This document shows positions 1 through 11,411 of a stretch of 29,697 bases of DNA, one piece after another. The DNA is from Ginkgo biloba (Eukaryota > Plantae > Ginkgophyta). Every line of letters begins with the position of its first letter. Position 1 is the stretch's first letter. The stretch covers positions 139,963,230 through 139,992,926 of the forward strand of contig JANKJI020000004.1 of assembly GCA_024626585.2 (NCBI GenBank), read 5' to 3'. The notes beneath the pieces were generated by a model. That model had not been told where the DNA came from. It saw only the letters and a list, made by a program, of their open reading frames with translations, and did not search any database. The translations under genes and the position numbers were made by a program.

Positions 1-1001
1 ATCCTTCAACCTTTAGTGTTTGGGGTGTAGATATTATTATTAAAGCATGCATGGATAGGATAGGTACTTCATTGTCTTCAATGGGAAGTAATTGCATGGT
101 GTCTTCATCTTCCAAGCAATCTTCTATGACGAACAATTTATTTTCTGAGCATTTGTGACCTCTAAACCACTTGTTATTACACTTGTAGCATAATTCTTAG
201 CCCTTTTTTCATCTAACTCTTGAATGGAGAACGCATTGATGGGTTGTGAATCTATTGTTCTTCTGCTTTCCATCATGTTGGTAGACCCCCCATACCCCCT
301 AAAAGCCCTATTTTTTGCCTCGATTTATTTTTCCATCTTGATGGTGGTGGATATAAATGAAGGTTTTAAGATCTGAAGCTCATGCCCAATCTCCTCTTGC
401 AAGCCACCAATGTAGAGTTCGAGGATCTTATCTTCACTTAATCCTTCTACCCATGTAGCTAGTTTTTTATGTTGGATAATGTACTCCATAATTGATCTTA
501 ACCACCTAAAATTAGTTAGTTGGTTGAAATATTCCGCTTCCCAAACATTATCATACTAATTGATGATGTATTATGTGAAGTTCTACCATATGTATGATAA
601 ACTAACCCACTTCTTCTCCATCCATTGATACCATTGAAATAGTTTATTTTCCATGTGCATTGATGCTAGTGTAATTTTCTTATCCGTCACTACTTGTTGG
701 AGACAGAAGTATTTCTCCATTTAACTTATCTAGGTATATACATATCTCCCATGAAATTTACATACCTCTACCTTGGAAATAAAACTTCCTCTCACTTCTC
801 TAGGCTCATTCACTTTCTCTATAGTGTTATTTATGCCTTGATATTCCTTAGTTAATCTTCCCATGATTAAGCTTTCCATATTCTAAGGTTATCCTTAAGC
901 ATTTCCTCTGTTCTTTCCATCCTCAGCTCCATTTCTCTATCTATGAACACCATGACATCATTTAGTTCTTGGGACTAGTTGGGACTTACCTTTGATGCCA
1001 T
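1..1001 (-). mobile_element. Degenerate Ty3/gypsy LTR retrotransposon gag, running into the protease linker; continues left of the window
   Basis: Manual minus-strand translation gives ISKVEVCKFHG...MEKYFCLQQV..KKITLASMHME..LFQWYQW, ATWVEGLSEDKILELYIGGLQEEIGHELQILKP, the zinc-knuckle-like LCYKCNNKWFRGHKC, and LSMHALIIISTPQTLKVEG (pre-protease motif). The frame is interrupted by stops and frameshifts. Possible ATG at 1001. Confidence 0.88.
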
Positions 1002-1957
1002 CCGTATATTTTTCCTGACCTAAACAAGTATTGATGGCTATATGAATCTATATTAGCAGACAAATGATTATGCAATGAAGGAGATTACAATAAGAGGTCA
1101 CATAATTATGCATTGCTAAAATTAGAATGTTCCACCTATCTAATATAAGAGTAGTGTTAGGACTATAATTTCCTACCTACATAAAATTATTTATATTGAA
1201 TTTGGATCACTAGTACGATGACTTCCTAGGGGTTCCTATAGTGATTATACACAATTTATACCATTGCATTTGTCTTGAAGAGACAATACCAATGCACTAT
1301 ATCATAAACTACTTCCCTCGGACAACCAAATACTCTTTTTTTCTAATACATTATTTTTGGGTGTTTTAGGAATGGATTTTTAACCGTGGCTTGAAACTCT
1401 TATATAAAATAAGTTATAGTAAAAAATTCTTACAAAAAAAGGAAAAAAAAAAAATCACTTCGACTGAGTTAATATGGCAACATGTCAGCAAGTAAAATTG
1501 TAAAGAATATCGTGGAAGAGCGCAAACTAAAAGAGCATGTTGACGTGATATTGAGATTATATTGTGGTAGTTCACAGACTAAGATCATGCGTTTACATAG
1601 TATAGTTTCAATAAGCATGTGTTTATGTAGTACACATGTGCATAAAAACATGATATGATGTAAGAACTTAGTTTAGCAGTGAGGTTTTGTCTAAAATTTC
1701 TTGATTCATATAGAAAGAATGGCTATTGAAGAGGTAGTGAAAGGATGTATGATTTATAATCTATAAGAGATTAAACATGATGTTAGCTATGGTAGATAGC
1801 CTCTCTATAAGAATTATGCCCAATTTATAAATTTTGAATCAAAGTCATTCCTTTCCTATAATGATCGCAACAATTGTATGAAGATAGGAAAAGAAAAAAT
1901 AACCAAAACTTTGATACCTTTGTAGATTAGCTTGCCACCAAAGTTGGCCCACAACTT

Positions 1958-1969
1958 GCTCTGATACTA
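1958..1969 (-). promoter_or_regulatory. tRNA-iMet primer-binding-site-like sequence of a minus-strand LTR element
   Basis: gctctgatacta matches the reverse complement of the canonical PBS TGGTATCAGAGC at 11/12 positions. It is followed 2 nt later by TG, which would be the terminal CA of an LTR on the minus strand. Confidence 0.6.
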
Positions 1970-2038
1970 CTTGCTATGAACCTTCTCACACAATTCCAGA
2001 ACTTGGACACAATAGAATGCAAAAGCTCTCTTGTTAAC

Positions 2039-2112
2039 AATCCACTTCAAGGGTGGAACCTCCCAATACAATAATAATCCACTTTAAGGGTGGAACCTCC
2101 CAATACAATAAT
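2039..2112. repeat. 37-bp tandem repeat, 2 copies, probably inside an LTR fragment
   Basis: aatccactt(c/t)aagggtggaacctcccaatacaataat at 2039-2075 and 2076-2112, with 1 mismatch. Confidence 0.95.
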
Positions 2113-2283
2113 GCTCAATACCAAGAGACCATCATAGGGGTTATTATAAGAATAAGAAGTACCCCGCATGTATGACAAATGTTATTATAGGAAAAAGTAC
2201 TATACATGTATGACAAGGGTTAGAAGAAGGGTAGGTGGATATAGATGGAAGAATTAGAAGAGGAAAAGGACTAAGGGGTGGAG

Positions 2284-3660
2284 GTTCATAACAAAAATAT
2301 ACTAGACAACATAGGCATGGTGCAAGAAGGGATGCATGCCATGGCAAAGCGAAAGAAAGGTTCAGTGACAATCAAATCAAACTTGAATAAAGCCTACGAT
2401 AGAGTGGAATGGGATAAATCGATGAGGTTTTCCTCCAAAAATAACAAGTGGGATAAAAGGGTGCTTACATACAATCAAAAATGCAATAGTGGTGAATGGA
2501 AACCCCACTCAATTCTTTCAAAACATAAGCNNNNNNNNNNNNNNNNNNNNNNNNNNNNNNNNNNNNNNNNNNNNNNNNNNNNNNNNNNNNNNNNNNNNNN
2601 NNNNNNNNNNNNNNNNNNNNNNNNNNNNNNNNNNNNNNNNNNNNNNNNNNNNNNNNNNNNNNNNNNNNNNNNNNNNNNNNNNNNNNNNNNNNNNNNNNNN
2701 NNNNNNNNNNNNNNNNNNNNNNNNNNNNNNNNNNNNNNNNNNNNNNNNNNNNNNNNNNNNNNNNNNNNCTATAAGTAAGGAAAAATCAAGAGTTTTTTTT
2801 TTTTGAGGAAACGCAAACAAAGAAGAAATTCTAAAATTACTAGAGATCGTAGAAGGAACAAACTCCTATCTATTATACCTAGGTGTTCTGGAAGGTCCCA
2901 AAATGGAAGGAGTCTAAATTTAGCAGGATACACTAGAAAAACTTCATAATAGACTAGAAGTTTGGTCCAATAAATGTCCTAAGCATAGTGTTTCTAGCAA
3001 AGGTAGTGTTGACGACTATTCCAATCTTTCAATGCTCAATCTAGATGGTCCCTAAAGCCATCCTTAGAAAAATGGATGGAAGAATCAGAAGGTTCATTTG
3101 GCAAGGAGGTAAAAAAAGCAGAACAAGCTTCACTTGGTTAATTGAGATATAGTATTTGCTCCCAAAGAAGTTGGAAGGTTGAAGATGCGAAAAAAGATAG
3201 TTTAAAACCAAATCCTTTGTACAAGGAAGGCTTGGCAGCTATTTGATGAGCCCTAGCTACCTTGGAAAAGAATTATGTTACACAAATATTGTACTAATTT
3301 AAATTATGGACAATTGATTCAAAGGTAAAAATTTCCTAGCAAGCTAGAGATTGATTTTTGGAAACTCTTGCACTCTAGTAGTAAATTAACAATACAGGAG
3401 AGTGTTTGAAATTTAGATTGTAACCGTTTCAAAACTATACTTTGGGAAGACAAGTGGATCTCAAAGCAGGTGGCTCCCCTGGCCAATTACAAAACTTTCA
3501 AGAGTTGGGAGCCTTTATGGAGGAGAGAGGCTACATGGAAGTCAAAGATATATTAAACAATTGAGAAGGAAGGTGGCAAATGGTATAAGAGATTAGTAGT
3601 TTACTAGATCTAATGGACAAGAGTTTGAAGGGCTATAAAAAAAAAAAAAAAGGGATGAAC
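2284..3660 (+). mobile_element. Degenerate L1-clade LINE ORF2, reverse transcriptase and downstream region
   Basis: NILDNIGMVQEGMH...IKSNLNKAYDRVEW (L1 RT motif KxDxxKAYDRVxW) and VNGNPTQFF before the gap. After the gap: ISKEKSRVFF, YLGV, PIFQCS..VPKAILRKMDGRIRRFIWQGG, LHLVN*DIVFAPKEVG and LWEDKW. Many stops and frameshifts. Confidence 0.9.
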
Positions 3661-4571
3661 TCCANNNNNNNNNNNNNNNNNNNNNNNNNNNNNNNNNNNN
3701 NNNNNNNNNNNNNNNNNNNNNAACCTATTGTTAGATGCTAAAAGTGATAAACAAGAAATTCATCCCAAGATGCTTGATGAATGACCTGGAGCATATAGAA
3801 AATGATGGGGAGAAAGGGAGAGGTCCTTTGCTTTAAAATCCTGCTATAACATCATCTTTAAGAAGAAATGGGTTAAGGGCCTCCCTAAGGGATATGTAGT
3901 GGATGAATTTAGGGCAATTAGAAGGACNNNNNNNNNNNNNNNNNNNNNNNNNNNNNNNNNNNNNNNNNNNNNNNNNNNNNNNNNNNNNNNNNNNNNNNNN
4001 NNNNNNNNNNNNNNNNNNNNNNNNNNNGAAGAGGAGTGGATAAAAAATATATAAAGAGAAATAAATCAATAAAACATAATCAAGGACTTTGACATAATTC
4101 AATTAGTAGTTAATTTGAAGGAAAATTAATCATACATATGGGGATCAATATGGTTACATAAATATGAACAAAGCTATGGGTGGTAAGAATATAAAGACTT
4201 ACTGATGATTTTCTTAAAGAGGCATGGTTAGATAGAGATTAGATACATAAATATCGACCAAAATTGAATAAATTATTATAAAGAGAATTATATTTATGGA
4301 TTACATAGAAAAATTTAAGTCCATATTAAAAAAAATAGATATAATAAGGAAAACTTATTATTAACTCTATATAGCCGAGTTGAGACTAGAATTGAAATGG
4401 GAGGTAAGAAGGAAAAATCCATATACATTATTTTATGCATATTTCTTAGCTCAAAATGAAAAATGAAAACAAAATATAGAAAATAGATAATACATAACCA
4501 CTAGTATCAAATGAATCAAAGGAAGAGGATAGAAAGGTTAAAGAGGAGATTATTGAAGAGAATAAAGGAGA

Positions 4572-4760
4572 AGAAGAGGTTGTCAAGGGCCAACCATGTG
4601 TCCCTATTGTAAGCTCCAAGAAGAGATTGTCCATCATTTGTTGTGGCACTATGAGATGGCATAATCAATATGGCAATATTTCAAGGCGACTCCAAACCAA
4701 ATCTCTAAAATACTTCAGGAGCTTAAGCGGTGTGTTTAGCAGCTTGAGGACTAGGCTAAT
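4572..4760 (+). mobile_element. LINE ORF2 C-terminal remnant: zf-RVT zinc finger followed by an RNase H-like GDS motif
   Basis: RRGCQGPTMCPYCKLQEEIVHHLLWH at 4572-4649 matches the plant L1 CxxC...EExxHL motif. IFQGDS follows at about 4676-4693 in another frame. Confidence 0.72.
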
Positions 4761-5799
4761 TGGAGAAAGCAGCATTTCATTGAAATGACTATATTAAGAG
4801 CAATCTGGGTATCATAGTGAAGGAGATTCTATGGCAAATTTGGAAAAGCGGGAATGCTATAATCCTTAATAATGAAAGGAGGGAAGCACAACATACTTGT
4901 CATCACAAAACTTAATTACTATAACCAATAGAAAGAAAGACAAAAAATATGAGTATTCTATATACCTTTAGACTAACTAGATGTTTCTTAGTATGACTCA
5001 AATACCTTGAAGAAGGCAACAACTCCTATTCCAAACAGGGGAAAGAGGGAAGGTGGCTTCCGCATCTAGACCAAGAAGATGGCAAGGAGGAAAAAGACCT
5101 AAATTACTATATAAAACTTTATGGAAGAGACATTCTGGATGAAGAAGTGTTGCACTAGCTATTCCCAAGAGGGAATTAGGCACCATATACATTGGAAACG
5201 AAGGAAAAAAGTGTCGAGCTGGCAATAATTGTTGGGAGAAACAAGATCTAACACTAATGAAGAGAGAAATATGCAAGCCAATGCATACAAAGGAAGACCC
5301 CTGCCAAGAGAAAGAGTCAATCCACCACCATCGCTCTAGGGCAGTAACCACGCGTCAGGTAACAGAGAAGTGGAAGACCCTGCTCCAACATCATATGATG
5401 TTTGGAACTAGAGTAAATGGCTGGACTGGAGATGAGGGAAGGATCAATTTATTGTGTTTAATGTGTCACGATAGTGTGCAGTCTTATCTTGTATTTTTGT
5501 GCCATATATAATAGAATATCCGATTGTGAATTCTCTAGCAATATTAGTATTATGAGGAATCTCGGGTCAAAGTGGTCAACCATGAAGGAGTTTTATGGTT
5601 TGAATATGTATGTCGATCTGTACAACACTATATGAAAGTATAGGGAATGGACCCATAAAGTAGGTACAATCTTAGGGAACCAATGCAAAGTCGTTTGGGT
5701 GCAACCACTAGTAGGGTTGCATGGGAGCTTTTAGTCCCAATTTTCTAATACGTGTAATTTTATTGTGAATAAAAGGTTGCTTCACAAGGAAAAAAAAAA

Positions 5800-6834
5800 G
5801 GCAAGTTTGATTTTAACATTTTTTATATAAAGGTTTGGCTTATTAATAGAGAAGTCGCACTATGAGGTTTTGCATCACCTAATCGAAAATGAGTTTCTTC
5901 CCATGAGATGAAAAAGCTAATGCTTAAAAATCCTGATGGGATGGTATGACAACTATCTTATCTGCAGATTGAAAAATAACTTCACTTGCATGAAGAGATT
6001 AAGTTGGTATTGCATAAATTTCTACATGTTTTTCAAGAGAATAGCAAATTGCCACCAAATAAGGGATGGAACATGTCATTGAACTAGTACCAGGTATGAT
6101 GTCCATTTTGAAAAAGCCACATAATCATCGCTATCTACATAAGAACAAGATTAAGAAAAATGTGCAAGAACTCCTCAAACAAGGAGTCGTCACACACAAC
6201 ATGAGCCTCTTTGCAACAGTAGTCATCCTAGTTCAAAAGAAAGATGACCTCTAATGATGCATACGAATATAGGGCCTTTACTAAGATGGCTATAAAGAAT
6301 TTGTAAAAATCTGAGTGCAAAACACTACACATACAATAACCTCATATAGANNNNNNNNNNNNNNNNNNNNNNNNNNNNNNNNNNNNNNNNNNNNNNNNNN
6401 NNNNNNNNNNNNNNNNNNNNNNNNNNNNNNNNNNNNNNNNNNNNNNNNNNTGACCTCCATACAAGCTTTTACCAAAGCTTATAAGGAAAGATAACATACA
6501 TAAGACTGCCTTTAGGACACATAAAGGAAATTTAAGAATTTAGGGCAATGCCCTTTGGCCTTACCAACACTCCAACCACTTTCAAAGCATCGACTCTTCA
6601 TCCAAACAAACACTAATAGGCTTCAATAGTTCTTGAACCAAAAAACGTTTGCCTTCTTACTGAACAGAAATGGGTCAGCAAGGTACACAACTTTGATTTT
6701 TAAATAGTGTTTTGATTTTTAAGTAGTGTACAGAAAAGGGCATCGGGGGAAACTGAAGCAATCTTTGAGAAGATAACCACCTTCCCCACCTAAAGAACAT
6801 GCTTTGAGGGCAAAGTATTTTAAGGGCGGGCTAA
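5800..6834 (+). mobile_element. Internally deleted Ty3/gypsy (chromovirus-like) pol remnant: protease end, RT N-half, RNase H C-part, ATWE-like tail and PPT
   Basis: VFQENSKLPPNKG-EHVIELVPG...NVQELLKQGVV..SLFATVVILVQKKD, then KTAFRTHKG..MPFGLTNTPTTF, then FIQTNTNRLQ*FLNQK..EQKWVSKVHNFDF..VVYRKG, then ASGETEAIFEK. PPT-like aagggcggg at about 6822-6830. Confidence 0.9.
6692..6729. repeat. 19-bp tandem duplication inside the RNase H remnant
   Basis: tttgatttttaaatagtgt followed by tttgatttttaagtagtgt. Confidence 0.9.
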
Positions 6835-7466
6835 TTTTTAGATTATTTGTTATAATTAAGTCTTTTGGTCGGCCCTGGGTAAAGGAATAGCCTCCGTTGC
6901 AGTAGGGATAGCCCTCATTAGTAATGTTACACGAGACTAACTTCGTGAGACCCCACAGGTATAGCCAGGCCTTACATATAAACAGGCACTCAAGGGTTTT
7001 AGGTAGAACACGTTTTGGACTTGTTTCTTTTGGCATCAGCCATCATGAAGGATTTAACCCTGGTTGGAATATTAATCATTTTTGCTTATGAACTATATCT
7101 GTCATTCTTCATAATAGATGATTATTGTATGAAGGTGTGTTCCAGCTACAGTTTAAAGCTTGGCCTGGGTTTCTCCAGACCTTTCTCCTCAAGTGGCTCA
7201 GGTTAAAAATTCAGACTTATCAAGCCCTGCTCTAATCTGTTCAGTCCAATTGAGATCTATTTGATTTCTATGAGGGTCATTTTGAGAGCTGGTGGTCTCT
7301 CGTGATGTGGCCATTGTGGACTTGCTTAGTATGTCCACTGATACCAGCTCCATGCGCGGTGACCAGATAGGCATTGTCCATAGCCTTGCAGCCTCTGGCA
7401 TGCCCTGCTAGGGTGTGCTTGCAGCTAGTTGTTGATTAATGTACTCACTATGTTCTATTGATATCA
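6835..7466 (+). mobile_element. Probable 3' LTR of the gypsy element
   Basis: Starts right after the PPT, contains TATAAA at about 6977, is non-coding, and has a plausible end ...gatatca at 7466. The boundaries are inferred because no second LTR copy was seen. Confidence 0.5.
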
Positions 7467-8793
7467 AAGGCTCAGGAGTAGGAGCAGGAATGGCTAGCCC
7501 AGAGGGGCATATTAAACCCATTCTGAGTAGCCTGGGTCAAGTCCATCCACAGACCTGTCAAGTATAATGTGATGTGGTAGACCTCCCAAAAGCAGACATT
7601 TCTATGATCTAGGTTTTCCTTGTTGTCCGTAAGTAAATTTCTCAATTGAACTAAACCATCACACAAATTAAAAAAACCCTGCTTCCTGCTACTAACATCA
7701 ACAAGAAGCTTAAGAAATAAATGGGCAATAGAGATGGAGATAGCAGATACAAAACCAGAATTGAGGGCAGTTAAAAATTTACGGATATCACTGAAGGATC
7801 ACATCCCCCTCTGCCCGTCATTCCCCCCCGGGCTTGCTGTGAAACATGAAAAGTACATTTAGCAGTTGCAAATATGTAAGATGCAGTGTGATTGAATGTG
7901 TAAAAGCATGCCTACTGGCTTTGTAAGTTGTAAACGAAGAGTAAAAGTGAGTAGCCAAGAAGTTAAATCCCCTTTCTATGAGGTCCTCCAATAGAAAGTG
8001 ACCCGCTAATGATGGAAAGCAACATCTCAATACACATGCAGTAAGAGCTTCACCCCGTTATGAACACTGGAGAGACGATTGTAGATTGACCTCTGAAAGT
8101 GGGCTCCTAGTGCAACTACTAACTGTTTCGCAACTTTCTTAGGTAAAATCCAGAACCAAAAATACTCGGAAGGAGTTAACAGAGAATAGGCAGATGTTAT
8201 AATGGGTGCTCGTCGCGATGAATGGCTCTGATGAAGATCAATGAANNNNNNNNNNNNNNNNNNNNNNNNNNNNNNNNNNNNNNNNNNNNNNNNNNNNNNN
8301 NNNNNNNNNNNNNNNNNNNNNNNNNNNNNNNNNNTGTTCTGTGCTTGTATTGTGCTTAATGCCTTGATTGGCTCTGATGAAGATGAATGAGTTGTCCGTA
8401 CAACCACAAAGAGAGGTTGCTCCGTGATAAAGCAAATTTCAACGGCGTCATGCAGCGGTTTGTTGAGAATATAGTGGATGGCAGCCGCGACATATTTATA
8501 AGCGTAGATACCCATAATCAGAGAAGATGAGCTCCGTTTTGAGGATGTCCAACCGGATTACAGTTGCGGTTTAAGTACTCTAATTGTTAGATTCCTTTCT
8601 TTAATGGCAATTACCTAGAGGAGACAAAACCATTTAAATTCTGAGAGAGGTGTCTGTCTCAAATGCCATTGGCATAGCGATTCAAGGCACAACCTAAATG
8701 TAATATGCATGATCGAGAAGGCAACAATTACCCAAATGACATGTTATTAGGGTCAAAAGAACCCCTAGAAGCAATGGTGCGTTTCTGCACCGC

Positions 8794-9010
8794 CTCCCCT
8801 GTGACTTGAAACTTGAATTAGTTGATGAAACTCTTCTGCCGTTGCAAACGATGAAATTTTGGGGACCCGGCAGATTTCCGCGTCGAGGGTCTCCCCTGTG
8901 AATTGAACCTCCGTTGACTCGGCGAAAATCTTCTGCTGTTGCTAAAACTGAAATTTGTTTTGGAAACCCGGCAAATTTCCGCAGGAGTGTCCTGCTTGTG
9001 GTTTGAACAT
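8794..9010. repeat. Imperfect ~97-100-bp tandem repeat (2 copies plus a partial third), CpG-rich
   Basis: The pattern ctcccctgtga.ttgaa...tcttctgc.gttgc...tgaaattt...acccggca.atttccgc starts at 8794 and 8891. A partial copy (cctgcttgtggtttgaa) starts at 8991. Confidence 0.85.
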
Positions 9011-10833
9011 TAATTTGGTCTGTGAGAGTCTTCTGTCTTTAACAGCTCTATCAAGGTTTTATGTACGATATATATTTTTTCTATGATCTGTTCATTAATA
9101 TGATAGTGTTTTAATTCGAGTATTTGGGTATTCGCATTGCTGCTCTTAGNNNNNNNNNNNNNNNNNNNNNNNNNNNNNNNNNNNNNNNNNNNNNNNNNNN
9201 NNNNNNNNNNNNNNNNNNNNNNNNNNNNNNNNNNNNNNNNNNNNNNNNNCACCCCATGTTTGGGCATACTTTCAGTGAATTCACAACTAGGTTATACCTG
9301 CCTCTATTTTGAAGCATTCCCAGGTTTTTCATTGTATTGTGGTTACCAATCAATGCAATGGCAGAGGATTGTTGTCTCTAAAATTACTTTCCCCTAACAA
9401 GTTGATTATTTTTCTATTTTAGCTTCAAATTTATGGACAGCTAGTTCTAAAGATCTGTTTGTTTTCATGCATGTGTCCAGCAAAACTCAAAATGGTAGAG
9501 CAACCCCTCGCTATAAAATTGCAGAGTATTTAGATGACATATTCAGGCTAGTTTCCAAAAGAATCCAAACTCTCTACAATCAATGTTACTTTAAGACAGA
9601 CCAACACAATCTCCCATATGGATTGGATCACTTATCATTATAAATCATTAGTCCCTGGCCTGTAGAAGATGTCTTAGCCTGCAATCGTAGGTAACCAATG
9701 AGCTACGGCCATTATTGGCCATCATAAATACCTCATACATTATGGTTATAAAAAAAACTTTCCAAGGGATAGGAAGGTAAAGTGACCATCAATGTTTCAT
9801 GCACATATCATCGTTCCAACCTTGATCCACCAATAATTCACCTCCTAGAAACTAAAAAATACCCAAAAGGATGGATTATAAAAAAAAAAAATTGCCTATG
9901 ATGTGAATAAGAATTCACAAGTCCCTCCAACAACATTGAGAAATGTAACAAAGACAATCAAATTTTTATAGAGTGCAAAGTGTAAAAAATAGTTGATGAA
10001 AGTGTTTTATTTTTATTATTTTTTCATGAATTGCATGCAATGATTTTTGAACGNNNNNNNNNNNTCTATAAAAGAATTTCCATTTGACATGCATCACTTG
10101 AGTAAATTATATTCTACAAAGGGTAAATGGATGGTGAAGAAAATAGGAAATGGATAGTGTTTATGGAAAGGTGTGGGTACAAATCCTCTAAACCATAGGA
10201 GGTAAAACATAGCCCCTATGTTTTGCAGTAGGCTGAAAAACGGTGTTATTTTTGTGGTTGCTCCAAAGTTTGGGGAAGTTTAGTAGTAACAAAAACCTAA
10301 AAAACCCATTTAACCTGTTGGACAGGATATGCCACTCATATTTTTTCCTGTTTCCTACTTCATGGGACCGCACTCTTAGGGCCACTTCACACTCGTTGAT
10401 TAATTATTGTAAATTAGATTAAAGTAATCTCAAAACAATAAATTAAGGTATTAGTGTTTAAATCTTCTTAAAGTAGATAGTGAGGTACTTTAAGAGATTA
10501 TAAAATACATATTTTACAAGAGCCATCCATACAATTAAACTATCATGACGATCAACTTTTAGTGCTAAACCAAAGATTCAATTCTTGAAACCAAGACCTT
10601 CCTCATTAGTGATGATTAAAATGGCTATAATGCGAGGTTGTATTTGTAACTATGGATTGACAACAAAGCATCAAGCCGCTTCAAGTCATACATTTTCTGA
10701 TACCCCTTCCCTTTACTTGTGTGGCAGAGGACCTTGTGTTACGAGAGTCCAAGTTTATTATTGAACAGACCCTTCCAGTTTTTTATTGAACAGGATAATC
10801 ACAATATTAGGTTCTATCAAGTCTGTGTAAAAA

Positions 10834-10990
10834 TTAAAAAGCCGATCCACTAGCTTTGGTTTTTCCAAGCATGACATCTTTGGCTTCATTAACCTTGGAG
10901 GCAAGGAAATCACTGCCGCCTGCATCAGGGTGGTTGGCGATCATTACCCTTCTATGTGCTTCCTTGACTTTATCAGGGGTCGCATTTTCC
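10834..10990 (-). CDS. TIM14: Mitochondrial import inner membrane translocase subunit TIM14/PAM18 (J-domain protein), last coding exon
   Basis: After acceptor ...gacagcag|g the exon reads (R)ENATPDKVKEAHRRVMIANHPDAGGSDFLASKVNEAKDVMLGKTKASGSAF*. It contains the HPD motif and the plant TIM14 C-terminus GSAF. Stop TAA at 10836-10834. This exon is missing from the ORF track. Confidence 0.96.
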
Positions 10991-11411
10991 CTGCTGTCAA
11001 CAATTAGGTACCCAAGTCAAAGTTCACAGGATTCTATATTGAGTGAACCAAATAGAATTGCCCTCCATTAAAACACTAGAGCTTGAAATAAGATTCNNNN
11101 NNNNNNNNNNNNNNNNNNNNNNNNNNNNNNNNNNNNNNNNNNNNNNNNNNNNNNNNNNNNNNNNNNNNNNNNNNNNNNNNNNNNNNNNNNNNNNNNNNNN
11201 NNNNNNNNNNNNNNGGAGCCTGTATTGTGTGCGGATGTGATAAGACCACATAAGTGGAACTCTTGACCGCCAGTTCACTTGACAACGAACTAAAAATTAG
11301 ACCAAACTTGCTTTGTCAATTCTTAAGCAAAATTATAATCTGTATTATTTTAACCTTGGGTCTGAATTCTGCTTTCCTCCTCATCTTTTCTAAACCAGAA
11401 ACGAACCCCAC

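Noticed and set aside
4990-5760. ORFs 4998-5351 and 5257-5511, and a possible LTR here
   Set aside because: No recognisable domains. The region looks LTR-like, but I could not define termini, PBS or TSD.
7456-7472. ttgatatcaaagg read as a PBS right after the LTR, implying a PPT-LTR-PBS tandem element
   Set aside because: The match is weak and is equally explained as the LTR's own ...tatca end. No gag follows.
8228-8400. Two CTGATGA motifs suggesting hammerhead ribozymes (Penelope-like/retrozyme) or snoRNA boxes
   Set aside because: No stem II followed by GAAA is visible, and there is no matching terminal stem with a box D. The left copy runs into a gap.
10204-10224. 9-bp hairpin aaaacatag-ccc-ctatgtttt, and a similar ttgcaatgc/gcattgcaa pair at 25491-25521
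   Set aside because: Short inverted repeats with no supporting context. Bacterial-type terminators are not relevant here.
10856-11071. Plus-strand 71-aa ORF, and likewise 26408-26686 and 14149-14361
   Set aside because: These are antisense shadows of the TIM14 exon, the FBT1 exon and the coiled-coil ORF.
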